From Octopus sinensis (lineage: Eukaryota), in the NCBI RefSeq assembly GCF_006345805.1, contig NW_021827374.1, positions 1 to 10,525 on the forward strand: DNA of 10,525 nucleotides, read 5' to 3'. Under the pieces are notes generated by a model. It was not told the origin of the DNA. It searched no databases and saw only the letters and a list, made by a program, of their open reading frames with translations. The translations under genes were made by a program, and so were the position numbers. Shown piece by piece: positions 1-8,466 of this stretch (position 1 is the first letter of the stretch; the number at the start of each line of letters is the position of its first letter).

Positions 1-42
1 AGAATGTGTATCTGTCTGTCTGTCTGTGTGAATCCCTAAAAC
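1..42 (+). mobile_element. Fragment related to the GTCT-microsatellite element head at 1452-1580 (non-autonomous Helitron/HINE-like), cut by window edge
   Basis: agaatgtgtatctgtctgtctgtctgtgtgaatccctaaaact resembles 1474-1511 (agaatgtgtgtctgtctgtctgtttgtttccctataact). Confidence 0.5.
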
Positions 43-51
43 TATATATAT

Positions 52-83
<32 letters not shown>

Positions 84-712
84 CAAACATATATGTATGT
101 ATATATGCATGTTTAATTATATATCAATATATATATATATATATACACAAACATTATGTATGTATATATGCATGTTTAATTTATATATATATATATATAT
201 CTATATATGCATATATATCCATATATATATATCTATCTATCTATCTATATATATCTATATATATCCATATATATATATCTAGATATATCCATATATATAT
301 ATCTATATATATCCATATATATATATATCCATATATATATATATCTATATCTATATATATCCATATATGCATATCTATCTATATATCCATATATGCATAT
401 CTATCTATATATCCATATATATATATCTATCTATATATCCATATATATATATCTATCTATATATCCATATATATATATCTATCTATATATCCATATATAT
501 CCATATCCATATCTATATCTATATATCCATATATATATATCTATATCTATATATATATATCCATATATATATCTATATCTATATCTATATATCCATATAT
601 ATATCTATATATATCTATATCTATATATCCATATATATATCTATATATATCTATATCTATATATCCATATATATATCTATATATATCTATATCTATATCT
701 ATATCTATATAT

Positions 713-743
<31 letters not shown>

Positions 744-755
744 TATCTATATATA
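43..755. repeat. Compound (TA)n / CTAT / CCAT low-complexity tract, including an imperfect ~35-bp duplication (83-118 vs 147-181)
   Basis: Read directly from sequence; it produces the spurious YIYI-type ORFs. Confidence 0.97.
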
Positions 756-1138
756 TCTCTATATATAAAACTGAAATGCGTTTTTACCGCTTGGATCGCT
801 TTCAATGCCACTACGACCCGTCCGATTCGCTCCAAAATTTACAGGGACATGTAGAATGAGGTGACGATGCTCGTGGGCTACCTTAGAAATCCCCAACTTA
901 AAAGGTGTGGTTGCTAGGGGCCATCTTCCTCACTCACGCTATAATGTATGTGTTTGTGTGTTCTATATATAAATATGTATATATAATGTATGCGTGTGTG
1001 TGTGTTCTATATATATAAATATGTATATATAAATGTGTGTGTGTGTGTGTTCTATAATAAGTATGTAATATAATTTATATATACCAAGTGTATATATCTG
1101 TATTATGTATATTAAACTTTTTCATACTTTTTCATAGT
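756..1138 (+). mobile_element. Helitron-like non-autonomous element, 5' portion (family A, copy 1)
   Basis: Starts A|TCTCTATATATAAAACTG (A|TC is the canonical Helitron 5' junction). 756-942 matches 8494-8680 at 181/187; similarity resumes at ~950-1138 vs ~8905-9022. Confidence 0.65.
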
Positions 1139-1451
1139 AATTATATTTTTAAACAAATTATTAATTAATTTGATAATTTTTATTTTCAATTTAATTTAAA
1201 TTTTTCAATTTTATATTTTCTATATTATATTTTTTTTAATGTTTTTGTTTTTTCACTGTTTGATTTGCCTAAAAATTCCATTTTTCACTTTTATGATTAT
1301 ACCCAGAGTGCTCTAATCGAATATGAACTGTCTTCCCATTGGCGGACGTTTGTCTTTTTTATTTTTGAAACGAACACATTGCCTCTTTCGTTTTAAAACA
1401 ATAAAACAATACTACCTTAATACATTGGTCCAACAAACAAAACATCACCCA

Positions 1452-1580
1452 CTCTCATTCTTTTATGTATCTGAGAATGTGTGTCTGTCTGTCTGTTTGT
1501 TTCCCTATAACTTGAGAACTACTCAACCAATTTCATTCAAATTTTACACATGCCTTCCTTAGGGTATAAGGGGTGTGTTG
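1452..1580 (+). mobile_element. Head of a GTCT-microsatellite-containing non-autonomous element (family B; Helitron/HINE-like)
   Basis: (GTCT)n followed by ataacttgagaactactcaaccaatttcattcaaattttacaca, the motif order typical of DINE-1/HINE-like elements; related fragments at 1-42 and 1654-1692. Family assignment is from recall and boundaries are approximate. Confidence 0.5.
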
Positions 1581-1600
1581 AGCTGGGCTCTGGGCGCCAT

Positions 1601-1656
1601 TGGGCTCAATGTCCGCGGCTACGAGACAACAGTGAGCGCTATGGCGACCAGAGCTC
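1601..1656 (+). repeat. Solo, nearly complete copy of the 60-bp minisatellite unit
   Basis: tgggctcaatgtccgcggctacgagacaacagtgagcgctatggcgaccagagctc is identical to the first 56 nt of the array unit. Confidence 0.97.
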
Positions 1657-1692
1657 TCATTCTTTTATGTATCTGAGAATGTGTGTCTGTCT
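1654..1692 (+). repeat. Exact 39-bp direct duplication of 1452-1490
   Basis: ctctcattcttttatgtatctgagaatgtgtgtctgtct occurs at both places (offset 202). Confidence 0.95.
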
Positions 1693-1729
1693 ATATACAC
1701 TTTGTATATATAAATTATATATATAAATT

Positions 1730-2569
1730 ATGGCGACCAGAGCTCGCTCTGGGCTCAATGTCCGCGGCTACGAGACAACAGTGAGCGCTATGGCGACCAG
1801 AGCTCGCTCTGGGCTCAATGTCCGCGGCTACGAGACAACAGTGAGCGCTATGGCGACCAGAGCTCGCTCTGGGCTCAATGTCCGCGGCTACGAGACAACA
1901 GTGAGCGCTATGGCGACCAGAGCTCGCTTGGGCTCAATGTCCGCGGCTACGAGACAACAGTGAGCGCTATGGCGACCAGAGCTCGCTGGGCTCAATGTCC
2001 GCGGCTACGAGACAACAGTGAGCGCTATGGCGACCAGAGCTCGCTCTGGGCTCAATGTCCGCGGCTACGAGACAACAGTGAGCGCTATGGCGACCAGAGC
2101 TCGCTCTGGGCTCAATGTCCGCGGCTACGAGACAACAGTGAGCGCTATGGCGACCAGAGCTCGCTCTGGGCTCAATGTCCGCGGCTACGAGACAACAGTG
2201 AGCGCTATGGCGACCAAGCTCGCTCTGGGCTCAATGTCCGCGGCTACGAGACAACAGTGAGCGCTATGGCGACCAGAGCTCGCTCTGGGCTCAATGTCCG
2301 CGGCTACGAGACAACAGTGAGCGCTATGGCGACCAGAGCTCGCTCTGGGCTCAATGTCCGCGGCTACGAGACAACAGTGAGCGCTATGGCGACCAGAGCT
2401 CGCTCTGGGCTCAATGTCCGCGGCTACGAGACAACAGTGAGCGCTATGGCGACCAGAGCTCGCTCTGGGCTCAATGTCCGCGGCTACGAGACAACAGTGA
2501 GCGCTATGGCGACCAGAGCTCGCTCTGGGCTCAATGTCCGCGGCTACGAGACAACAGTGAGCGCTATGG
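1730..2569 (+). repeat. Tandem array of a 60-bp GC-rich unit (~14 units)
   Basis: Unit tgggctcaatgtccgcggctacgagacaacagtgagcgctatggcgaccagagctcgctc; starts at 1750, 1810, 1870, 1929, 1987, 2047, 2107, 2167, 2226, 2286, 2346, 2406, 2466, 2526; 37/60 GC, 6 CpG per unit; no substitutions, only three 1-2 bp deletions. Confidence 0.98.
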
Positions 2570-2709
2570 TTCCGTAATGGAATCGGCGGCTTATATTTAT
2601 TTGCTGCCGATAAATTTGGCGCGAGTGCGACGATTTGAAAATTTTAGGTCAGATATTGGCGAGGCATGGACGAGAATGCCTCGTGAAAAATATCTGTTCC
2701 GATTTGGCT

Positions 2710-2816
2710 ATTCCTTACTGATGAATCTAAGGGCCTATGGTAGATTGGCTTGATTTAATTTAATCAGGTTAGTTTACCATTAAACAGTAGAAGAAACGGT
2801 GCATCGTATAAGGAAT
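2710..2816 (+). ncRNA. Type I hammerhead ribozyme, copy 1 (predicted cleavage after A2808)
   Basis: Helix I attcctta 2710-2717 / taaggaat 2809-2816 (8 WC bp); CTGATGA 2718-2724; helix II tcta/taga (2726-2729/2788-2791) plus a 19-bp extension 2737-2755/2762-2780; GAAA 2793-2796; helix III ACGG/TCGT with TGCA loop; GTA triplet 2806-2808. Non-canonical A-A at 10.1/11.1. Confidence 0.85.
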
Positions 2817-3199
2817 TTCAGGGTAAATGTTTTTTAATTTTCTCCTGGTTTACGGAATTAATGTTATTTTGCGGTTGAAGCTTTTTGGCTGTTATTTCTA
2901 GTGGGTGAATGGCCTATTATGGCCGTTTCTTGATTGTGATATTGAACTTAAAAATGGTTTATGACTATTTAATTTTTTCCACTAGGCCGCTGGGGGCAAA
3001 AGAATTCTACAAAATTTTTTTGCCTCCCTATATTGATTAATTATGAATTTTCTGGTTGGTTCCGTAATGGAATCGGCGGCTTATATTTATTTGCTGCCGA
3101 TAAATTTGGCGCGAGTGCGACGATTTGAAAATTTTAGGTCAGATATTGGCGAGGCATGGACGAGAATGCCTCGTGAAAAATATCTGTTCCGATTTGGCT

Positions 3200-3305
3200 A
3201 TTCCTTACTGATGAATCTAAGGGCTATGGTAGATTGGCTTGATTTAATTTAATCAGGTTAGTTTACCATTAAACAGTAGAAGAAACGGTGCATCGTATAA
3301 GGAAT
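3200..3305 (+). ncRNA. Type I hammerhead ribozyme, copy 2 (predicted cleavage after A3297)
   Basis: Same core and helices as copy 1; only a 1-nt difference in the helix II internal loop (agggct). Confidence 0.85.
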
Positions 3306-3688
3306 TTCAGGGTAAATGTTTTTTAATTTTCTCCTGGTTTACGGAATTAATGTTATTTTGCGGTTGAAGCTTTTTGGCTGTTATTTCTAGTGGGTGAATG
3401 GCCTATTATGGCCGTTCCTTGATTGTGATATTGAACTTAAAAATGGTTTATGACTATTTAATTTTTTCCCACTAGGCCGCTGGGGGCAAAAGAATTCTAC
3501 AAAATTTTTTTGCCTCCCTATATTGATTAATTATGAATTTTCTGGTTGGTTCCGTAATGGAATCGGCGGCTTATATTTATTGCTGCCGATAAATTTGGCG
3601 CGAGTGCGACGATTTGAAAATTTTAGGTCAGATATTGGCGAGGCATGGACGAGAATGCCTCGTGAAAAATACCTGTTCCGATTTGGCT

Positions 3689-3794
3689 ATTCCTTACTGA
3701 TGAATCTAAGGCCTATGGTAGATTGGCTTGATTTAATTTAATCAGGTTAGTTTACCATTAAACAGTAGAAGAAACGGTGCATCGTATAAGGAAT
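3689..3794 (+). ncRNA. Type I hammerhead ribozyme, copy 3 (predicted cleavage after A3786)
   Basis: Same core and helices as copy 1; internal loop reads aggcct. Confidence 0.85.
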
Positions 3795-3930
3795 TTCAGG
3801 GTAAATGTTTTTTAATTTTCTCCTGGTTTACGGAATTAATGTTATTTTGCGGTTGAAGCTTTTTGGCTGTTATTTCTAGTGGGTGAATGGCCTATTATGG
3901 CCGTTCCTTGATTGTGATATATATATATAT

Positions 3931-4002
3931 ATATATGGATTTCGTGGACAGGAACTGAAACAAATCAATCGTATATATATGTATATATGTAAGTGTATGT
4001 GT
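3931..4002 (+). repeat. Left copy of the long target-site duplication of the RTE LINE (72 bp)
   Basis: Matches 6715-6790 with 3 substitutions and one 4-bp GTAT indel; ends exactly where the LINE reading frame begins. Confidence 0.85.
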
Positions 4003-6639
4003 TTTAGTATTGGCAACATGAATGACAATAGCCAGAGACTACTTGAATTTTGCACATACCATAACCTGTGCATCACCAACACATTCTTTCCCAACAAGAC
4101 ATCCCACAATGTATCTTGGAGACATCTAAGATCTCACCACTGGCATCAGTTGGATCTCATCATTACACGAAGATCCTTTCTGAATTCTGTTCAACTGACC
4201 CGTAGCGCGGATTGTGACACAGATCATTCACTAATAAGAAGGGCGAGGATTCTGCCTAAAAAAGTCCATCACTCCAAGAAAATGAGCCAACCACGCATTA
4301 ACACTGCCAGAACCTCGGACCCTACACTGCGACAATGTTTTGCTGTTTCTATCAAGGTTGCCCTCAGTAGCTGCCCAACCTCCTCTGCTGAAAGTAGGTG
4401 GAATTATATCAGGGAAGCTTTGTATACCACATCAATAAATACTTTCGGAATGAGAGAAAGGTAAAACCCAGATTTTGTTCAGTGCTGGGCTCTCAGAGCT
4501 GGAACAGTTATCGAAGCGAAGCGTACAGCTCTGATGCAATACAAGAGCGATTCTTCTACAAAGTCACTCGAGAACTCAGAAAGGCAAGAAATAAAACCCA
4601 ACTGACTGCCAGACGCTGTGCAAATGGGTATTGACAGGAAATCTGTCAGAGTATCCAGTCAGCTACTGACAGTGGCGACACCCGTGGGATGTATGCCGGT
4701 TTGAAGAAGGCCCTCGGTCCATCCGCAACCACCTCAGCCCCTCTGAAATCAACTACTGGAGATCTCATCAAGGACCAAAGCAAGCAAATGGATAGATGGA
4801 TGGAGTACTACCAGGATCTCTACTCACGAGAGACTACGGTAGCTGAGGCTGCAATCGAGGGTGTCAAGATCTTGCCAGTCATGTGTGAACTTGACAGTCT
4901 GCCATCTATAGCAAAGCTCACCAAATCTATTGACTCCCTAGCAAGTAACAAGGCTCCGGGAAAAGACGGCATCCCCTTAGAGATCATCAAAACCGGCAAA
5001 AACACCATCCTGCTTCGGGACATTCATGAGCTTCTGTGTCAGTGCTGGTAAGAGGGTACAGTCCCTCAGAATATGCGGGATGCTAACATCATTACGCTTT
5101 ACAAAAATAAAAGTGACCGTGATGATTGTAACAATTACCGTGGAATATCTCTTCTAAGCACAGTTGGAAAGGCCTCTGCTCGCATTATCCTGTCCAGGCT
5201 GCAACTAATTGCTTCTCGAATTTATCCAGAATCGCAGTGTGGCTTTAGAAGAAGCAGGTCAACTATTGACATGATATTCTCCATACGCCAACTTCAGAAG
5301 TCCAGAGAGCAGAACATGCCATTATATATGGCCTTCATTGATCTGACAAAGGGCTTTGACTTGGTAAGTAGAAAAGGCCTCTTCATCCTGCTCCAAAAAA
5401 TTGGATGTCCACCAAAGCTGCTGAGGATCATCAAATCATTCCATGCTAATATGCAAGGCACCATACAGCACAATGGCTCAACATCAGCCGTCTTCCAAAT
5501 AAAAAATGGGGTAGAGCAAGGTTGTGTCCTTGCTCCTACATTATTTGGCATCTTCTTCTCGCTGCTGCTGTCACATGCCTTTGAGACATCAGATGATGGA
5601 GTGTTTCTGCACAGTAGAAGTGATGGGAAACTGTTCAATCTCTCGCGTCTGCGTGCCAAGACCAAAATCTCAGAAGCGTCCTGATCAAGGAAATGCTATT
5701 TGCTGATGATGCCGCTCTAGTATCACACACAGAAGAAGCCCTACGAAGGCTCAGCAACTGTTTTGAGCAAGCATTTGGCAACTTTGGCTTAGTTATCAGC
5801 CTCAAGAAGACAAACATCATGGGTCAGACTACATCGGATATCCCAAACATACATATTGGAGACCACAGAGTATAGGAGGTGGAGAAGTTTACCTATCTTG
5901 GCTCTACCGTCACCTACAACCTATCCCTTGATGCTGAGCTCAATATACGCATTGGTAAAGCAGCTGCTGTGATGGCCCAACTCACCAAACGCGCATGGGA
6001 CAACAATAAGCTGACCAAGACCACAAAAATGAAGATTTACCAGGCATGTGTACTTAGCACTCTACTGTATGACTTTGACGCCATACACACGCCGTACGAC
6101 GCCATACGTCGCCTAAATATCTTTCACCTGCGCTGTCTCCGGAAAATCCATCGCATCAAATGGCAGAATCATGTCCCTAACAAAGATGTCCTCAAGCAAG
6201 CAGGAATACCAAGCATGTTTGCACTCTTCACACAAAGACGTATGAGATGGCTTGGACATGTTAGCCGTATGGAAGATGGTAGAATCCCCAAGGACATACT
6301 CAACGGAGAGCTTGCTAAGGGCACTAGGTCTGTGGGAAGACCGTTCTTACGATACAAGGATGTTTGCAAAAGGGACATGAATGCCTGCAACATCAATATT
6401 ACCAACTGGGAAGCAGTTGCCAGCAACCGTGGAGATTGGCGACGTACCGTAAAAGAGGGAACACAAGGAGTGACATAGTGAGAAAGGAGAAATGGAAAGA
6501 CAAGAAAAGACGTCAACAAGAAATTATGACATTACAACCAGCCAGGAACAGTCTTCGCTACATTTGCGGTACCTGCCAGAGGGAGTGTTTGTCCAGGATA
6601 GGACTACACAGCCACAGCAAGAGATGTATTAGGACATGA
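4003..6639 (+). pseudogene. Disrupted RTE endonuclease/reverse transcriptase ORF
   Basis: APE C-terminal motifs (GNMNDNSQRLLEFC, HWHQLDLII, DCDTDHSLI); RT motifs (NKAPGKDGIP, NNYRGISLLS, PESQCGFR, FIDLTKGFD, GVEQGCVLAPTLF, FADD at 5699-5710, EKFTYLGS); RWLGHVSRM; C-terminal CGTCQRECLSRIGLHSH zinc finger. In-frame stops at 4462, 4632, 5049 and 5873, plus frameshifts near ~4480-4570, ~5675 and ~6460. Confidence 0.93.
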
Positions 6640-6714
6640 AATGTAAAAGCCGGACTAGATTATTTTATGTGCAACTCCATTGTCTCCCGAGACAAAAAGG
6701 ATGCCAACAACAAC
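4003..6714 (+). mobile_element. 5'-truncated, inactivated RTE-clade non-LTR retrotransposon
   Basis: Single long pol-like frame in pieces, 3' UTR ending ccattgtctcccgagacaaaaaggatgc with a (CAA)n tail at 6705-6714, and flanking direct repeats. Confidence 0.92.
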
Positions 6715-6790
6715 ATATATGGATTTCGTAGACAGGAACTGTAACAAATAAATCGTATATATATGTATGTATATATGTAAGTGTATGTGT
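6715..6790 (+). repeat. Right copy of the long target-site duplication (76 bp)
   Basis: Begins immediately after the (CAA)n tail and matches 3931-4002. Confidence 0.85.
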
Positions 6791-6915
6791 GTGTCGCCCT
6801 CATCACTGCTTCACAACTGCTGTTCACTTATTTACATCTACATAACTTACTTGTTTCGCAAGAACAAACTAATAGAGTAAGTACTAGGCTTATCAACATA
6901 AAAAAGCACTAGGCT
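6721..6915 (+). mobile_element. Degenerate, 5'-truncated SINE (resembles an abundant octopus tRNA/CORE-type SINE body) into which the LINE inserted
   Basis: Motif order ggattt..gtagac..aactg..cgtatatatatg-(TG)n-gcttcacaac..tttac..taactta..aatagagtaagtactaggctt fits a repeat I recall from Octopus. Not verifiable within the window. Confidence 0.45.
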
Positions 6916-6987
6916 ATGTCTCATATTTTTGTTTGCCCACTCAGTTGTATCTATCAATTTATCTTTGTATGTGTGCATGTGTGTGTG

Positions 6988-7056
<69 letters not shown>

Positions 7057-7057
7057 G

Positions 7058-7146
<89 letters not shown>

Positions 7147-7159
7147 TATATATATATAG

Positions 7160-7214
<55 letters not shown>
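6988..7214. repeat. (CTAT)n tetranucleotide microsatellite followed by (TA)n
   Basis: About 40 CTAT units to ~7146, then an interrupted TA run. Confidence 0.98.
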
Positions 7215-8466
7215 ACACCCTAAGGGAGCCTTAAATTCCAAATTAGTAATTTTTTATGATCCAAAACTTGGATCTTTATGAAATTTGGAAATTATATTCT
7301 ATGCATAAGGGCCATAACGCCCATGACAATTCATATATTTTTGCTGTTGATGAAATTTTAACCATAGACATTAGACACAAATGAAGTAATATCTATAAAA
7401 TTTCATCTTACAAAGTTAGAAAGACCCCTCCATGGGGACTTAACATCTACAATTTTGTCATTTTATCTAAGCAAAAATGAATACAGTTGTGCTCTTGGAA
7501 GCTGTAGGGTTACCCGAGCATAAAAGATGAGCATTATTTGTAATTCAATGGTACAACAGTGTAACAGTTTGCTTTGACATACACTTAGATTGTGATTTCT
7601 GCAATGTGCTGCATAAATTGTCAAGTAAATGAGAGGCATCTTTGCCTCCACTGATTCAGTTGCAAAGTGTAGAGTAAAATTTATTTGATTGCAGACCTCC
7701 TTTCAGTCTTTTTATTATCACTCGGTCACACATAGTCCCCAGATGGTAACATTGATTTCAAGGCCTTCCCAGATGAGTGACTGGTTCTAGATTTTAAATT
7801 TATTCTGTCCAGTTACGTATCAGTATAGTGGTCATTTGCAAACTACAGAGGTGACACTTTCATTTCTCCTTAGCCCTCACGTCAAACAGTTGTTAATGTT
7901 GATTTCAGTTGGGTCACGCACTTCCAATTGCTATAGATTCGTAATGCATCTTACGGCTGTGCCTGTCACCTGGATGGTGAGGAATCCTACATTAGGAGTG
8001 GTAACGACTAGGGTAGGGTAACTGACTGCTTATTGTAATCATTCGTCTTTTGGTTTCCTGTAGCTTTGCTCCCTTTTACAAACCCAGTGAACATATATTT
8101 CCTATTTCAAAGAAATTCAAACAATAGATATAAGACCCAAGTTAAAAGATTTTCAACAATTCAACTTCTCTGGTTGACATTAAGATGCCCACCCCCAACA
8201 GGGGCCTTAACTCTCACATTTTAGAGCTCCATGACCTTCATTTTTCAGGAACAAAATCTTTTTAACAAGTTAAATAAGACTGGAATTTTTGGAATATGCG
8301 CATAAAAATCAGGATTATGGGATACATGTGGCACGATTACAATTTTTTAGGGTGTGTAAAGATTGAAATAACCCTCATCTGCAATTTTGATGAAATTCGA
8401 AACATAGATATTCCAGTTCATCACAGAAGATATAACAGAAAAGTCTAATTCTCCAATTGAATGTAA

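Larger units (their letters stand above)
2567..3920 (+). mobile_element. Tandem array of a 490-bp hammerhead-containing unit (putative retrozyme; alternatively Penelope-like pseudo-LTR array): copies 2567-3056, 3057-3546, 3547-3920 (truncated)
   Basis: Period 490 read directly. Copies differ by 2 substitutions (T2928 vs C; aatatctg vs aatacctg in copy 3) and a few 1-bp homopolymer indels. The tandem repeat itself is certain; the retrozyme label rests on one hammerhead per unit. Confidence 0.8.

Noticed and set aside
97-854. Long Y/I-rich ORFs (also 6916-7223 and 10171-10377)
   Set aside because: Translations of (TA)n/(CTAT)n microsatellites, which lack stop codons in most frames.
1750-1809. 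60-mer as a twister or HDV-like ribozyme
   Set aside because: Superficial CAAUG...AGUG-AG resemblance to twister, but no UAA cleavage motif, no P2 or pseudoknot pairings, and no HDV nested pseudoknot could be built.
1750-1809. Synthetic polylinker (CCGCGG, AGCGCT, GAGCTC palindromes)
   Set aside because: About one 6-bp palindrome is expected per 60 bp by chance, so three is modest; the unit is embedded in natural repeat junctions.
1730-2569. CRISPR array
   Set aside because: Units are identical with no unique spacers, no cas genes, and the context is eukaryotic.
1730-2577. Repeat protein (MATRARSGLNVRGYETTVSA)n or (WAQCPRLRDNSERYGDQSSL)n
   Set aside because: A 60-bp unit keeps frame automatically. 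Two frames are open, three small deletions shift frame, and there are no synonymous differences to suggest coding selection.
2567-3056. Internal Pol III A/B-box promoter in the 490-bp unit
   Set aside because: Only weak partial matches (tggcgaggcatgg, ggttccg), in the wrong order; the transcription source remains unknown.
1921-3715. 1-2 bp indels between repeat copies as real divergence
   Set aside because: Those in the 490-bp units lie in homopolymer runs and all could be long-read consensus errors, so they were not used for dating or structure.
3043-3741. 69-72 aa ORFs in the 490-bp unit as a viroid-like or retrozyme-encoded protein
   Set aside because: No recognisable motif, starts differ between copies because of a 1-bp indel, and the sequence is already explained by RNA helices.
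3883-4002. N-terminus of the 193-aa ORF as a fusion gene
   Set aside because: Chance read-through from the satellite, TA tract and TSD into the truncated LINE frame.
4820-6519. Minus-strand ORFs within the LINE
   Set aside because: Antisense shadows of the RT frame with no recognisable domains.
7780-8030. Faint kinesin-motor-like pattern on the minus strand (LEV..E..L..G.RR)
   Set aside because: Multiple stops, and no SSRSH or DLAGSE motif follows; not above chance.
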